Assembly (NCBI GenBank): GCA_963729375.1
Contig: CAVSNP010000003.1
Location: 25,525 to 89,524, forward strand
Direction of reading: 5' to 3'
From: an uncultured Actinomycetes bacterium
GTDB taxonomy: Bacteria > Actinomycetota > Acidimicrobiia > IMCC26256 > PALSA-610
Length of the DNA stretch: 64,000 nucleotides
The first letter of the stretch is position 1. Each line of letters starts with the position of its first letter. Made by a program: the position numbers and the translations under genes. The notes beneath the pieces were generated by a model, which was not told where the DNA came from, did no database searches, and saw nothing but the letters and a program-made list of their open reading frames with translations. Shown piece after piece: positions 32,658-41,087 of the stretch.

Positions 32658-34012
32658 GAGCCCTCCCCGTCATCATCGCCGTCGCGGTTGGGGTCGTCCT
32701 CATCCGCCTCGGCCGACGCCGCCGGCGTCGGGGCCACCGGTCCCCGACGGGCGTCCTTGTGGCGCGACTTCGAAGACGGAAGCTCCTCGGCGACACCGGC
32801 CTTGTCGCCGGACGCGAGATCCGCGAGCGAGTGCGAGGACGGCTCTTTCGAGTGGTGACGGTCATCCTCTTCGCCGTGGTGGCGGCCGCCGTAGTCATTC
32901 CGACGATCCATACCAAAACGACCAGGAGCCCGCGAGTAGGCGTCGTGGCCAGCTCAACGTCCCTTGAAGCTGAGCTGCAAAGCCTGGCCGACAGCGTGGG
33001 GCTGTCCGTGAAGCTCGTGATCGAGCCGGACCTGTCGCACGCACGCGCCGCCCTGAAGGCTGGCCAGCTCGCCGTAGTTGTGGACGCTCCCGAGATGATC
33101 CTGGTGGAGGACCCCATCTCGGCCTCCGACACGTCGGCCGGGGCCCGCTACGTGCGGGCCGTATCCGTGGCCCTCGGCGCTCAGCACGCCTTCACGCAAG
33201 CCGGTTTGACCCCGCAGCAGGCGGACACCGTCGCCAGAGCCAAGCCGTTGGCGGTGGACAGCATCCACGCCGGCGACAAGAAGGCCCGTACGCCGGCGCA
33301 GGTCACGGCACTGCTCGGCGTGATCCTTGTCTTCATCGTGCTCACCCAGTACCTCACGTGGACGCTCATGGGGGTGATGGAGGAGAAAGCGAGCCGGGTG
33401 GTGGAGGTTCTGCTCGCCACGGTGCGGCCGATCCAGCTGCTCGCCGGCAAAGTCCTCGGGATCGGCGCGGTCGCCCTTGCCCAAGCCGTTGCCCTCGTCG
33501 CCTTCGCGCTGGTGCTCGCCGAGGCGGTGGGATCGAGCTTGGTGCACGGCGCCGCCCCACTCGTGGTCGCGGCCACGCTCGCTTGGCTCGTCCTCGGCTA
33601 CGCGTTCTACAGCTGGCTGTACGCAGCCGCCGGCTCGCTCGCCGAGCGCCAAGATCAAGTGCAAAGCCTGGCACTGCCACTGAGCGTGCCCCTCATCTTC
33701 GGGTACATCGTCTCACTCACCGGAGCCAGCGCAGGCAACGCTTCTCCGCTCCTGAAGGTGCTCGCATACCTACCCCCCACTGCCCCCTTCGCCATGCCGA
33801 CCTTGATCGGGTTCGGCGACGCGACCTGGTGGCAGTTCCTGCTGTCAGTGGTCGTCACGCTCGCGTCCACGGTCGTCGTCGCGCTTGTCGCGGCCCAGGT
33901 GTACCGGACAGCCGTACTGCAAACCGGCAGTCGGGTGCGACTGCGCAAGCTCCTACCGATCCTGACGCGGAAACCGCCCACACGAAGACACGCGGAGGCG
34001 GCCAATCACTAA
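32654..34012 (+). CDS. ABC-2 family transporter permease (NatB-like, large extracytoplasmic loop)
   Basis: Start overlaps the ATPase stop (ATGA). N-terminal TM, ~170 aa loop, then 5 hydrophobic segments. Intact. Confidence 0.8.
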   Translation: MRALPVIIAVAVGVVLIRLGRRRRRRGHRSPTGVLVARLRRRKLLGDTGLVAGREIRERVRGRLFRVVTVILFAVVAAAVVIPTIHTKTTRSPRVGVVASSTSLEAELQSLADSVGLSVKLVIEPDLSHARAALKAGQLAVVVDAPEMILVEDPISASDTSAGARYVRAVSVALGAQHAFTQAGLTPQQADTVARAKPLAVDSIHAGDKKARTPAQVTALLGVILVFIVLTQYLTWTLMGVMEEKASRVVEVLLATVRPIQLLAGKVLGIGAVALAQAVALVAFALVLAEAVGSSLVHGAAPLVVAATLAWLVLGYAFYSWLYAAAGSLAERQDQVQSLALPLSVPLIFGYIVSLTGASAGNASPLLKVLAYLPPTAPFAMPTLIGFGDATWWQFLLSVVVTLASTVVVALVAAQVYRTAVLQTGSRVRLRKLLPILTRKPPTRRHAEAANH

Positions 34013-34170
34013 CGGGGCTTCGCCCCAGCCCGACGAGTCGTGTGCGGGTGCCGGTTGGGTGGGTGGGCTCCGGCCGAGCGCATTGCTGGTGGGGTGTTTA
34101 GCCTCACCGTCATGAGCCGCTCGTAGCGGTGGTAGCCCGTGTTCGGGGCAGCGACGACCGGAGCCCGACG

Positions 34171-35776
34171 ATGACCGTAGCTCGCTCGGTGGCTGACGTG
34201 CTCGCCGATCATGTGACCCTCGAGGTGGAGTGCATCGACCGGATGTACCTGAACTTGTATGTCCCGAAACTCCAGTACGAGGGCGGGGTGGTCGGTTTCT
34301 TCAAAGGTCATCGGGGCGCCACGTTCGCTTCGTCGGCGTTGATGGATCCCATGACGAAGAAGTTCGTGAGCGACGTGGAACGTTTCGTCGACGATCAGGG
34401 TGTCGACCTGGTCACGTTCGAGAAGGGTCAACGCAAAGACGACCTCGCCCATGAGTACCTGGCGTCCTTCGAGGGCGATGAAGGAGTCTTGTTCGTCGGC
34501 AAGGCGCAGGAGAAGACCATGGCGTATCGGACCGAGAAACGCTGGAACCCGGAGAACCGGCCGGCCGTATCCGTGGATCGTGCGGGCCACGGTGCTCGTC
34601 AACCATTACTACTTCTATTGCGTGGACCGCGACTTCGGGCCGTTCTTCATCAAGTTCTGTAGTTACTTCCCGTACAACGCCAAAATATGTTTGAACGGGA
34701 ATGAGTGGGCGAAACAGCAAGCCGCGCAGGCTGGGATCTCGTTCGAGGCGCTCGACAACGGGTTCGCGTCGTGTGAGGACCCGAAGCGTTTGCAGCGGAT
34801 CTGCGGCCGGTTGAACGCGGCGAAGATCGATCGGCTGGTGCGGAAATGGTTGGCGTTGCTTCCACATCCGTTCACCGGAGCTGACCGTCGGGCCGGTTAC
34901 CGCTACGACGTGTCGATCCTCCAGGCCGAGTTTTCCCTCACCCAGGTCCTCGACCGTCCCCTGTCGGGGCGGGTCTTCTTCGAAGAGGTGATCCGCGACA
35001 ACCTCGACATCGGCCGGCCCGACCAGGTGTCGTTGATCTTCGAACGGCGGGTGACCAGACGCACCCCCGGCCGGTTCCGTACCCGCGTGATCACCAATGG
35101 GGTCACCCCGTCACTGCACGTCGACTACAAACGATCGAAGATCAAGCAGTACCACAAGGAGGGACAAGCCCTTCGCACCGAGACCACCATCAACGACGCC
35201 CACGACTTCGGTGTCGGCAAGCGGCTCCATAATCTTCCTGCACTAAAGGAGATCGGCTTTAAAGCCAACCGGCGTCTCCTCGACGTCCAACGAACGAGCT
35301 GCGACTGCCACATCGGAGAAGAAGCGTTCGGTCGGGTTTGTGCCCCGACGGTGGTGGAAAGACAACGCGCTTCGGGGCTTCGCTTCGGCGACCCGAAAGT
35401 GCAGGCACTCCTGAGCGTCCTCGTCGTCTTTCGACTTCTGCCCGACGGGTTCTCCAACAAAGACCTGCGGACACACCTCGCGCCGCTCCTCGGCATCGAC
35501 GCCGAGACCATGACCGCGGGCAGAATGACCTACGACCTCCGGCGCCTCCGCCTCCACGGAATCATCACACGCATACCCCACACCCACCGCTACCAGGTCA
35601 CACCCTTCGGGCTCCGCGTCGCGATGCTGTTCACCCGCACCTACGCCCGCGTGCTCCGACCCGGACTCGCCCTCGTGCTCGACCCCCACGCGATCGACAC
35701 ACCACTACGCCGCCAACTCGAACGTCTCGACACCACCCTCGACACGTTCATCGCCGAATCTGGCCTCGCCGCATGA
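34171..35776 (+). CDS. conserved hypothetical protein of unknown family (~535 aa), one frame disruption (~34570); possibly mobile-DNA associated
   Basis: LEVECIDRMYLNLYVPKLQYEGGVVGFF..., NHYYFYCVDRDFGPFFIKFCSYFPYNAKICLNG, ILQAEFSLTQVLDRP, IKQYHKEGQALRTETTIND. Protein-like composition throughout. I cannot place the family. Confidence 0.6.
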
Positions 35777-35973
35777 AACTTGACTCAACTGTGCCGGCTT
35801 CGCCGGCTAAAGGTCCCTAGCTACTTGCCCCTGAAGAAGTCGGTGCCGTAGGTGCCGGTTTCGTCGGTTTGTAGGTCCACGCGTGTTGTTGTGGGTTCTC
35901 GCTCGGCTTGTGTTTCCCGTTTCGGCCGTTTGTGGGCCGTCGGGACGCGCGAGCCGAGCGAGGGCTGGACGGT

Positions 35974-37452
35974 TCAGGTGCGGGTGGGTGTTCGTTGTCG
36001 GCCGGGTGGTCCGGTGTCACCGGTTGTAGGTGTTGGTTGTGGTGGTGTGGGGTTGGATGGTTGGTCGGGTTGGGTGTTGGTGAGCGCGGCGATCTTGGTT
36101 GCGTTGTGGGTGAGGACACCCCAGCCGCACCAGGTCATGACGCCGGTTTCGCCGTCGTTGAGGGTGCGTCGCCAGCCGTAGTCGCGTTTGAGGCATGAGA
36201 TACGTGCTTCGGAACCGGTACGCCATTTCACGAGCCGGACGAAGCGACGGGCACGTTGTTGTTGTTGACGCGCTGCGCCGGGCCGTCCTTTGCGTGGGAT
36301 CGCGATGTGTTTCACGCCGAGTGCTTCGAGGTCGCGTTCGACGCCAGCTTCGCCATACCCACGATCCGCGGTGACGGCGCGAGGAACCCGGCCCGCGCGT
36401 TGGGCGATCCGTTCGATCGCGGGAGCGAGCATCGGCGCGTCGGGCGGGTTGCCTTTGCCGACGACATAGTCGACGACGACACCATCACTGTTATCAACAA
36501 CTTGTGCTTTGTATCCGAACTCGATGGGTTTGCCGAGACGACCTTTCGCGATCGGCCGTGCATCCGGATCGTGTAACGACACGACCCTGGTCGCACCGTC
36601 AGGAACGTCACCCGCAAGACGAACCCGGGTCTGGGCCGCGACGCGTTCCACCAGCTCCGCGGTACGTTCCAACTGGCCGATCAACGCGACCGTCTTCCCA
36701 GACACGCGTGCACCGCGACGACGTACACCCCGACGGGCGTTGACGGCGACCCGTCGAGCGTCTGCCACACTCCGCAGTGCGATCGCGGTCATCTCGCCAG
36801 TGATTGTCAACACCTCGGCTTTGGCGTCGTCGTTCCGGCGGCGAAGCCACACCGCGATCCCGTGCGCCCGGCGGCGCACCGAACGGGTCCGGTTCCGCGC
36901 CTTCGTACGCGTCGCCAACCCGGCCTCTTTCAACGCGGCCGTCAACCGGGCCAACCGCGCGACCCCTTTGGCGAGCAGACCAGAATCCGTCGGGTACGCC
37001 ACGTTCGCCTCCACGACCGTCGTGTCCGCCCGCACCCGGTCACACTTGATCACCTTGTTCTCGTACGCCTTGGCGAGCAGTGCCTCGTTCAGATCGTGGA
37101 TCGCTCCCTCACCACAACGCGACGTGATCTTCATCAACGTCGTCGGATGCGGCACCCGAGTACCGAGCGGCACCCGAGCGAAACGACGCCACGCCAAACT
37201 GTCCGATACTTCGCGACACAACGGCTCGAACCCGAGCCGATACCGGTACTTCAAGAACATCATCCGCACATACGTCTCGATCGGGATCGACGGCCGGCCG
37301 ATCACCGGATCGAAAAACGGCCGGAACGGCTCGAAGAACCGGGCGTCGTCCAACAACACGTCGATCTCGCCCAGATCGCCAGGCAAGCCCATCAGGCACT
37401 CCGGGATCACCGACTCCCACAACGTCGGCCCATCATTTACCGTTCTCAACAT
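35974..37452 (-). CDS. IS5-family DDE transposase (DUF772 N-terminal + DDE_Tnp_1)
   Basis: GRPSIPIETYVRMMFLKYRYRLGFEPL, VRADTTVVEANVAYPTDSGLL, HDPDARPIAKGRLGKPIEFGYKAQVV, AVTADRGYG. 492 aa, intact. Confidence 0.85.
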   Translation of the reverse strand: MLRTVNDGPTLWESVIPECLMGLPGDLGEIDVLLDDARFFEPFRPFFDPVIGRPSIPIETYVRMMFLKYRYRLGFEPLCREVSDSLAWRRFARVPLGTRVPHPTTLMKITSRCGEGAIHDLNEALLAKAYENKVIKCDRVRADTTVVEANVAYPTDSGLLAKGVARLARLTAALKEAGLATRTKARNRTRSVRRRAHGIAVWLRRRNDDAKAEVLTITGEMTAIALRSVADARRVAVNARRGVRRRGARVSGKTVALIGQLERTAELVERVAAQTRVRLAGDVPDGATRVVSLHDPDARPIAKGRLGKPIEFGYKAQVVDNSDGVVVDYVVGKGNPPDAPMLAPAIERIAQRAGRVPRAVTADRGYGEAGVERDLEALGVKHIAIPRKGRPGAARQQQQRARRFVRLVKWRTGSEARISCLKRDYGWRRTLNDGETGVMTWCGWGVLTHNATKIAALTNTQPDQPSNPTPPQPTPTTGDTGPPGRQRTPTRT

Positions 37453-37499
37453 GACGATGGCTCCAATCCACGATCCACAACGCGGTTGGAGCCATCGTC
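37453..37499 (-). promoter_or_regulatory. perfect 14-bp hairpin abutting the IS5 transposase start codon; its 3' arm contains the GGAG Shine-Dalgarno
   Basis: gacgatggctccaa (37453-37466) / ttggagccatcgtc (37486-37499). On the mRNA strand ...uuGGAGccaucgucAUG. Confidence 0.45.
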
Positions 37500-37586
37500 A
37501 CACCAATCGAACCAAATCGCGAGCACCCCGCAACACAAAACCCCACGTCAACAGCCATCTCAACCCCGACATTTTCAGGGGCAAGT

Positions 37587-39675
37587 GTGCGTCCAGCAGC
37601 TTGGACGCCATGTCATCGAGGAGGTGTCATGACGTAACCGAGTGACAAGCTCAGGGCAGCCAGCCGGTGCGAGTCCGGTCCGGGGAGACGCCAGGGTCCT
37701 CGGTAGCGCGGCTCCCGGCATCGGGTGAGAGTCCGGTGTCGAAGCGGAGCAACTACATCCCGTTGAGGGGGTGGCAACTGGCCGGTCCGCAACATGAAGT
37801 GAAGCCTGCGGCGTCGTAAGAGAAACTCGCGTGAGCGAGCCAAGGGGGAGCCGAGCCGACACTTTGACGGCGAAGGCCATGGACAGCACTTGGGATCCTG
37901 GAGCGGGTGCTCAAGAACCTCCCGGCGTATGGGGCGTGGAACGGTCAGAAGGTTGTCCTGGGAACTGGAGAGAGCCTCCTCGGCCCCGGTCTGTGGGTGC
38001 GGGAAGCATGCTTGCTTATAACCGGTGATCCCGGGAAGTGGTGAGCGGTCGAGAGGCAGTCGGAGGGGGTCGTAGTAGTGATGACGGCTGGGACAACACA
38101 ACCCGGTTCGAGCGAAGGGCCCCTGCTTCATCGATGCATCGTCGTTTGTAGGGAGGGGTTCGGATGAGTGCCCAGACGGCTCGATCCATCCGCCGCACCG
38201 AGGGTGTGGACCAGACCCGAGCTCTTCAACGTGTGCTGTATCGCAGTGCCAAGCAGAATCCTGCCCGTCGGTTCCATGCTCTTTATTGTCATGTCGCCCG
38301 CAGCGATGTGTTGGCTCGGGCTTGGGACGACGTGCGTGTCAACCGTGGGGCGCCTGGTGTTGACGGTGTGCGTATCGCCGACATCGAAGCGTCCGGGATA
38401 CAAGCGTTTCTTCGTGAGCTCGCTACGGCGTTGCGGGAACGGACGTATCGTCCTGCGCCGTTGCGGCGGGTGTATATCCCCAAGGCGGGGGAAACGGCGC
38501 AGAATGCGTCGAGGCCCCTGTCGATCCCAACGGTTCGTGACCGTGTGGTGATGGCGGCTGCGAAGATTGTTCTCGAGCCTGTGTTCGAGGCCGATTTCCT
38601 TCCGGTGAGTTTCGGGTTTCGTCCGAAGCGTTCGACTCACATGGCCTGTGAGGCCATTCGGGTCGAGGCGAACCGGGGGGCCGAGTGGGTGCTCGACGCT
38701 GATCTGAGCAACTGCTTCGGCAGCATCTCGCACGACGCCTTGATGACGCTGGTTGCGCGCAGGGTGTCGGATCGGGACATGCTGAAGTTGTTGCGGGGTT
38801 GGCTTCGGGTGGGAGTGTTGGAAGATGGGCTGGTGACCGACATGGTGTCGGGGACCCCGCAAGGGTCACCGATTTCTCCCGTGCTCGCCAACATCGCCTT
38901 GCATGTCCTCGATGAGGACTTCACGCACGGCGACGGGAAGCGACTCGGGAAGCTGGTGCGTTACGCCGACGATTACGTCGTCCTTTGCCGCACTCGACCA
39001 CAGGCCGAAGCGGCCCGCCGCCGGGCGGGACAGGTCCTGGCACCGTTGGGTCTTCAGTTGAACCCAGACAAGACCAGGATCGCATGCCTGACCCGAGGAG
39101 CGGAAGGCTTCGACTTCTTGGGTTTCCATCATCACAAGGTGGAGTCCTGGAAGTGGCGTGGTCATTGGTATCTCCAACGCTGGCCGTCACGGCGGGCGAT
39201 GGCATCGGTGCGGGCAAAGATCCGTGCCGGTACTGACCGCCGTTTTGCGGGAACGTCGATGCAGATCGTGGTCGCCAACCTCAACCGTGTGTTACGGGGA
39301 TGGTGCGGATACTTCCGCTACGGGAACTCGGGGCGGAAGTTCGAAGACCTCGATCTCTACGTCCATGAACGCTTGGCCATCCTCGCCAGCCGCAAGCACG
39401 GGAAGAGCGGATGGAACCTGGGTCGCTTCGATTGGGAGTGGCTTCGTGTCCTTCGGGTCTACCGGCTGCAAGGAAAGACACGGTGGGGGACTCCGAATGC
39501 ATGGCGATGAACGATGTCGGAAAGCCGTGTGCGGGAAAACCGCATGCACGGTTTGAAAGGGGGCCGCTGGCGAAGCGGAACGCCCACGGTGAGATGGAAC
39601 AAGCACCCGACGAGAAATCGTCGGGACTGAGCCCATCGACCTACCGGCGAACGACCAGCCAGCGGCCTACCTCAC
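37587..39675 (+). mobile_element. bacterial group II intron (ORF in domain IV); canonical DVI would end at 39587, insertion boundaries imply an 88-nt 3' extension
   Basis: 5' GTGCG at 37587. Domain V aagccgtgtgcgggaaaaccgcatgcacggttt (39525-39557). DVI-like helix with bulged A ending ...cgcccac at 39587. The inserted block ends ...cctacctcac at 39675 according to the IS5 IR/TSD logic. Confidence 0.7.
38164..39510 (+). CDS. group II intron reverse transcriptase/maturase (no endonuclease domain seen)
   Basis: RT motifs RRVYIPKAG, LSIPTVRDRVV, FGFRPKRS, GTPQGSPISPVLANI, VRYADDYVV. Maturase X domain LRGWCGYFRYGN. 448 aa, intact. Confidence 0.9.
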   Translation: MSAQTARSIRRTEGVDQTRALQRVLYRSAKQNPARRFHALYCHVARSDVLARAWDDVRVNRGAPGVDGVRIADIEASGIQAFLRELATALRERTYRPAPLRRVYIPKAGETAQNASRPLSIPTVRDRVVMAAAKIVLEPVFEADFLPVSFGFRPKRSTHMACEAIRVEANRGAEWVLDADLSNCFGSISHDALMTLVARRVSDRDMLKLLRGWLRVGVLEDGLVTDMVSGTPQGSPISPVLANIALHVLDEDFTHGDGKRLGKLVRYADDYVVLCRTRPQAEAARRRAGQVLAPLGLQLNPDKTRIACLTRGAEGFDFLGFHHHKVESWKWRGHWYLQRWPSRRAMASVRAKIRAGTDRRFAGTSMQIVVANLNRVLRGWCGYFRYGNSGRKFEDLDLYVHERLAILASRKHGKSGWNLGRFDWEWLRVLRVYRLQGKTRWGTPNAWR

Positions 39676-39677
39676 AG

Positions 39678-40260
39678 CTAGGTGCCACCTTCCGCCCCGA
39701 ACGCTGGTCGTGAGGTCGGCGATCCTCCAGACCGCAGCAGCGACCTCGTGCGCGGGCGCGGGTTGTCGCATCTCGTCCGTGAACCCTTGGGTCGTTTCGC
39801 CTTCCGCGGCAAGCGCGTACGGATCTCGCGCACGACGTGGTCGTCGGGATCGAACGACACGAGCAGCGGTAGCCGGATGATCGCGGCGGTGGCTGACCGC
39901 AGAGGCGCACCGCGTTCAGCTTCTGCTTTCCACGACCGTAGCTCCACCCCGGGTCCGGGTCTGACCCCTCGTCGCGAGCGATACCGTCGCCGGAAAACAC
40001 GGCGTCGGCAGATATGACCACGATGTCGGCGTCGACTTCACACGCTGACGCGACGACATGCGCGGTCGCGTCGACAATCGCGGCGCGGTCCTTCGCATAT
40101 TCGGCGTGGATGACCAACGACGGATCGGCTCGCTTGACGGCCGTCGGCGTCAGCCGTTGCTGCACCGTCGCGAAGCGATATCGAGTGGTGGCCAGCACCC
40201 GCTCATAATGTTCCTGGTGGCGCGGCGACGCCACGAACGGCGGCTCACATAACGCGCGTG
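39678..40260 (-). pseudogene. RmlD-like sugar-nucleotide reductase/epimerase relic, frame-disrupted and truncated by the IS5 insertion
   Basis: PSLVIHAEYAK...VVASACEVDADIVVISADAVFSGDG...DPDPGWSYGRGK, and in another frame MRQPAPAHEVAAAVWRIADL...GGRWHL. No intact Rossmann motif. The ORF runs into the CTAG target site. Confidence 0.45.
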
Positions 40261-40364
40261 GGTGACCCAGACCGCGCGACGACCGATAACCCCGGGCGAC
40301 CCCCCATCTCCAATCGCCGGAAGTGGGTGGCAGAATGGTTGGGTCCGGGTGTTGGGTATTGCAG

Positions 40365-40670
40365 CTATACGGTGCCGGCGGCGTCGATCGATGCAAACAC
40401 CGAAACCTCGGGCGGTCCAGCCATTCCGATCGACGACATGACCTCCGCGACCTGAGGGTTCCCGTCGAAGAAGCTCTGGAACTGCTCCGCGGTTTCCCAT
40501 TCGTCGACGACCATGAGTTCGCCGTCTCCGGCGACGAAGCGGTGGTGAAGCATGCCAGCACCCTTCACCGACGCAGAGATCTCCTCGAGGAACTTGGCGT
40601 TACTTTGCAAGCCCTCGATGGCCTTCGCGACGTCTGAAACCGGGACGCGAATCGTTACCAAAACACTCAC
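40365..40670 (-). CDS. small dimeric alpha+beta barrel (ABM-like) protein, hypothetical
   Basis: 101 aa intact ORF MSVLVTIRVPVSD...MVVDEWETAEQFQSFFDGNPQVAEVM. The pattern resembles antibiotic-biosynthesis-monooxygenase-fold proteins. Confidence 0.55.
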   Translation of the reverse strand: MSVLVTIRVPVSDVAKAIEGLQSNAKFLEEISASVKGAGMLHHRFVAGDGELMVVDEWETAEQFQSFFDGNPQVAEVMSSIGMAGPPEVSVFASIDAAGTV

Positions 40671-41087
40671 TGGTAGTACCCCATTCGGTTGTGCTCTCCA
40701 CCACCCCGTCTGAGGCGGACCCTCGGCAGGCTAGGACAATGGCGGGCGATTCGCTTCTCCCGCTCTTGCTTTGACGTACGGACCGCTATCACGAAGAAGA
40801 ATCGTCGGGTCGTGCGTGCCTCGCACCCGCGTACCGCCGCCCAACGGCCGTCGTCACGGCTCCTCGCGAACCGGTGCCAAAGCGTTCTGTGGCGGTGGGT
40901 TGCCGGGAGTATGGGGCGTCCCAAAGTGGGAGCGTCGTTCTTCAGGGCGCTCGGCTCTGGATCTCGCGGTCCGAGCGCGAGATTCCGGAGTGCTGTGGTG
41001 AGGCACCCTTTTCGGCTCCGTCGTGACCGTGCGATTGTGCCGGTCCGCGGCTTACCTTAGGGCCGTGCGGACGGGAATGGTGGTGCA

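Larger units (their letters stand above)
35821..39677 (-). mobile_element. IS5-family insertion sequence (CTAG target duplication) carrying a group II intron 2 nt inside its right end
   Basis: IRL ctacttgcccctgaagaagtcgg (35821-35843). IRR ccgacattttcaggggcaagt (37566-37586) plus 'ag' at 39676-39677. CTAG at 35817-35820 and again at 39678-39681. Confidence 0.7.
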
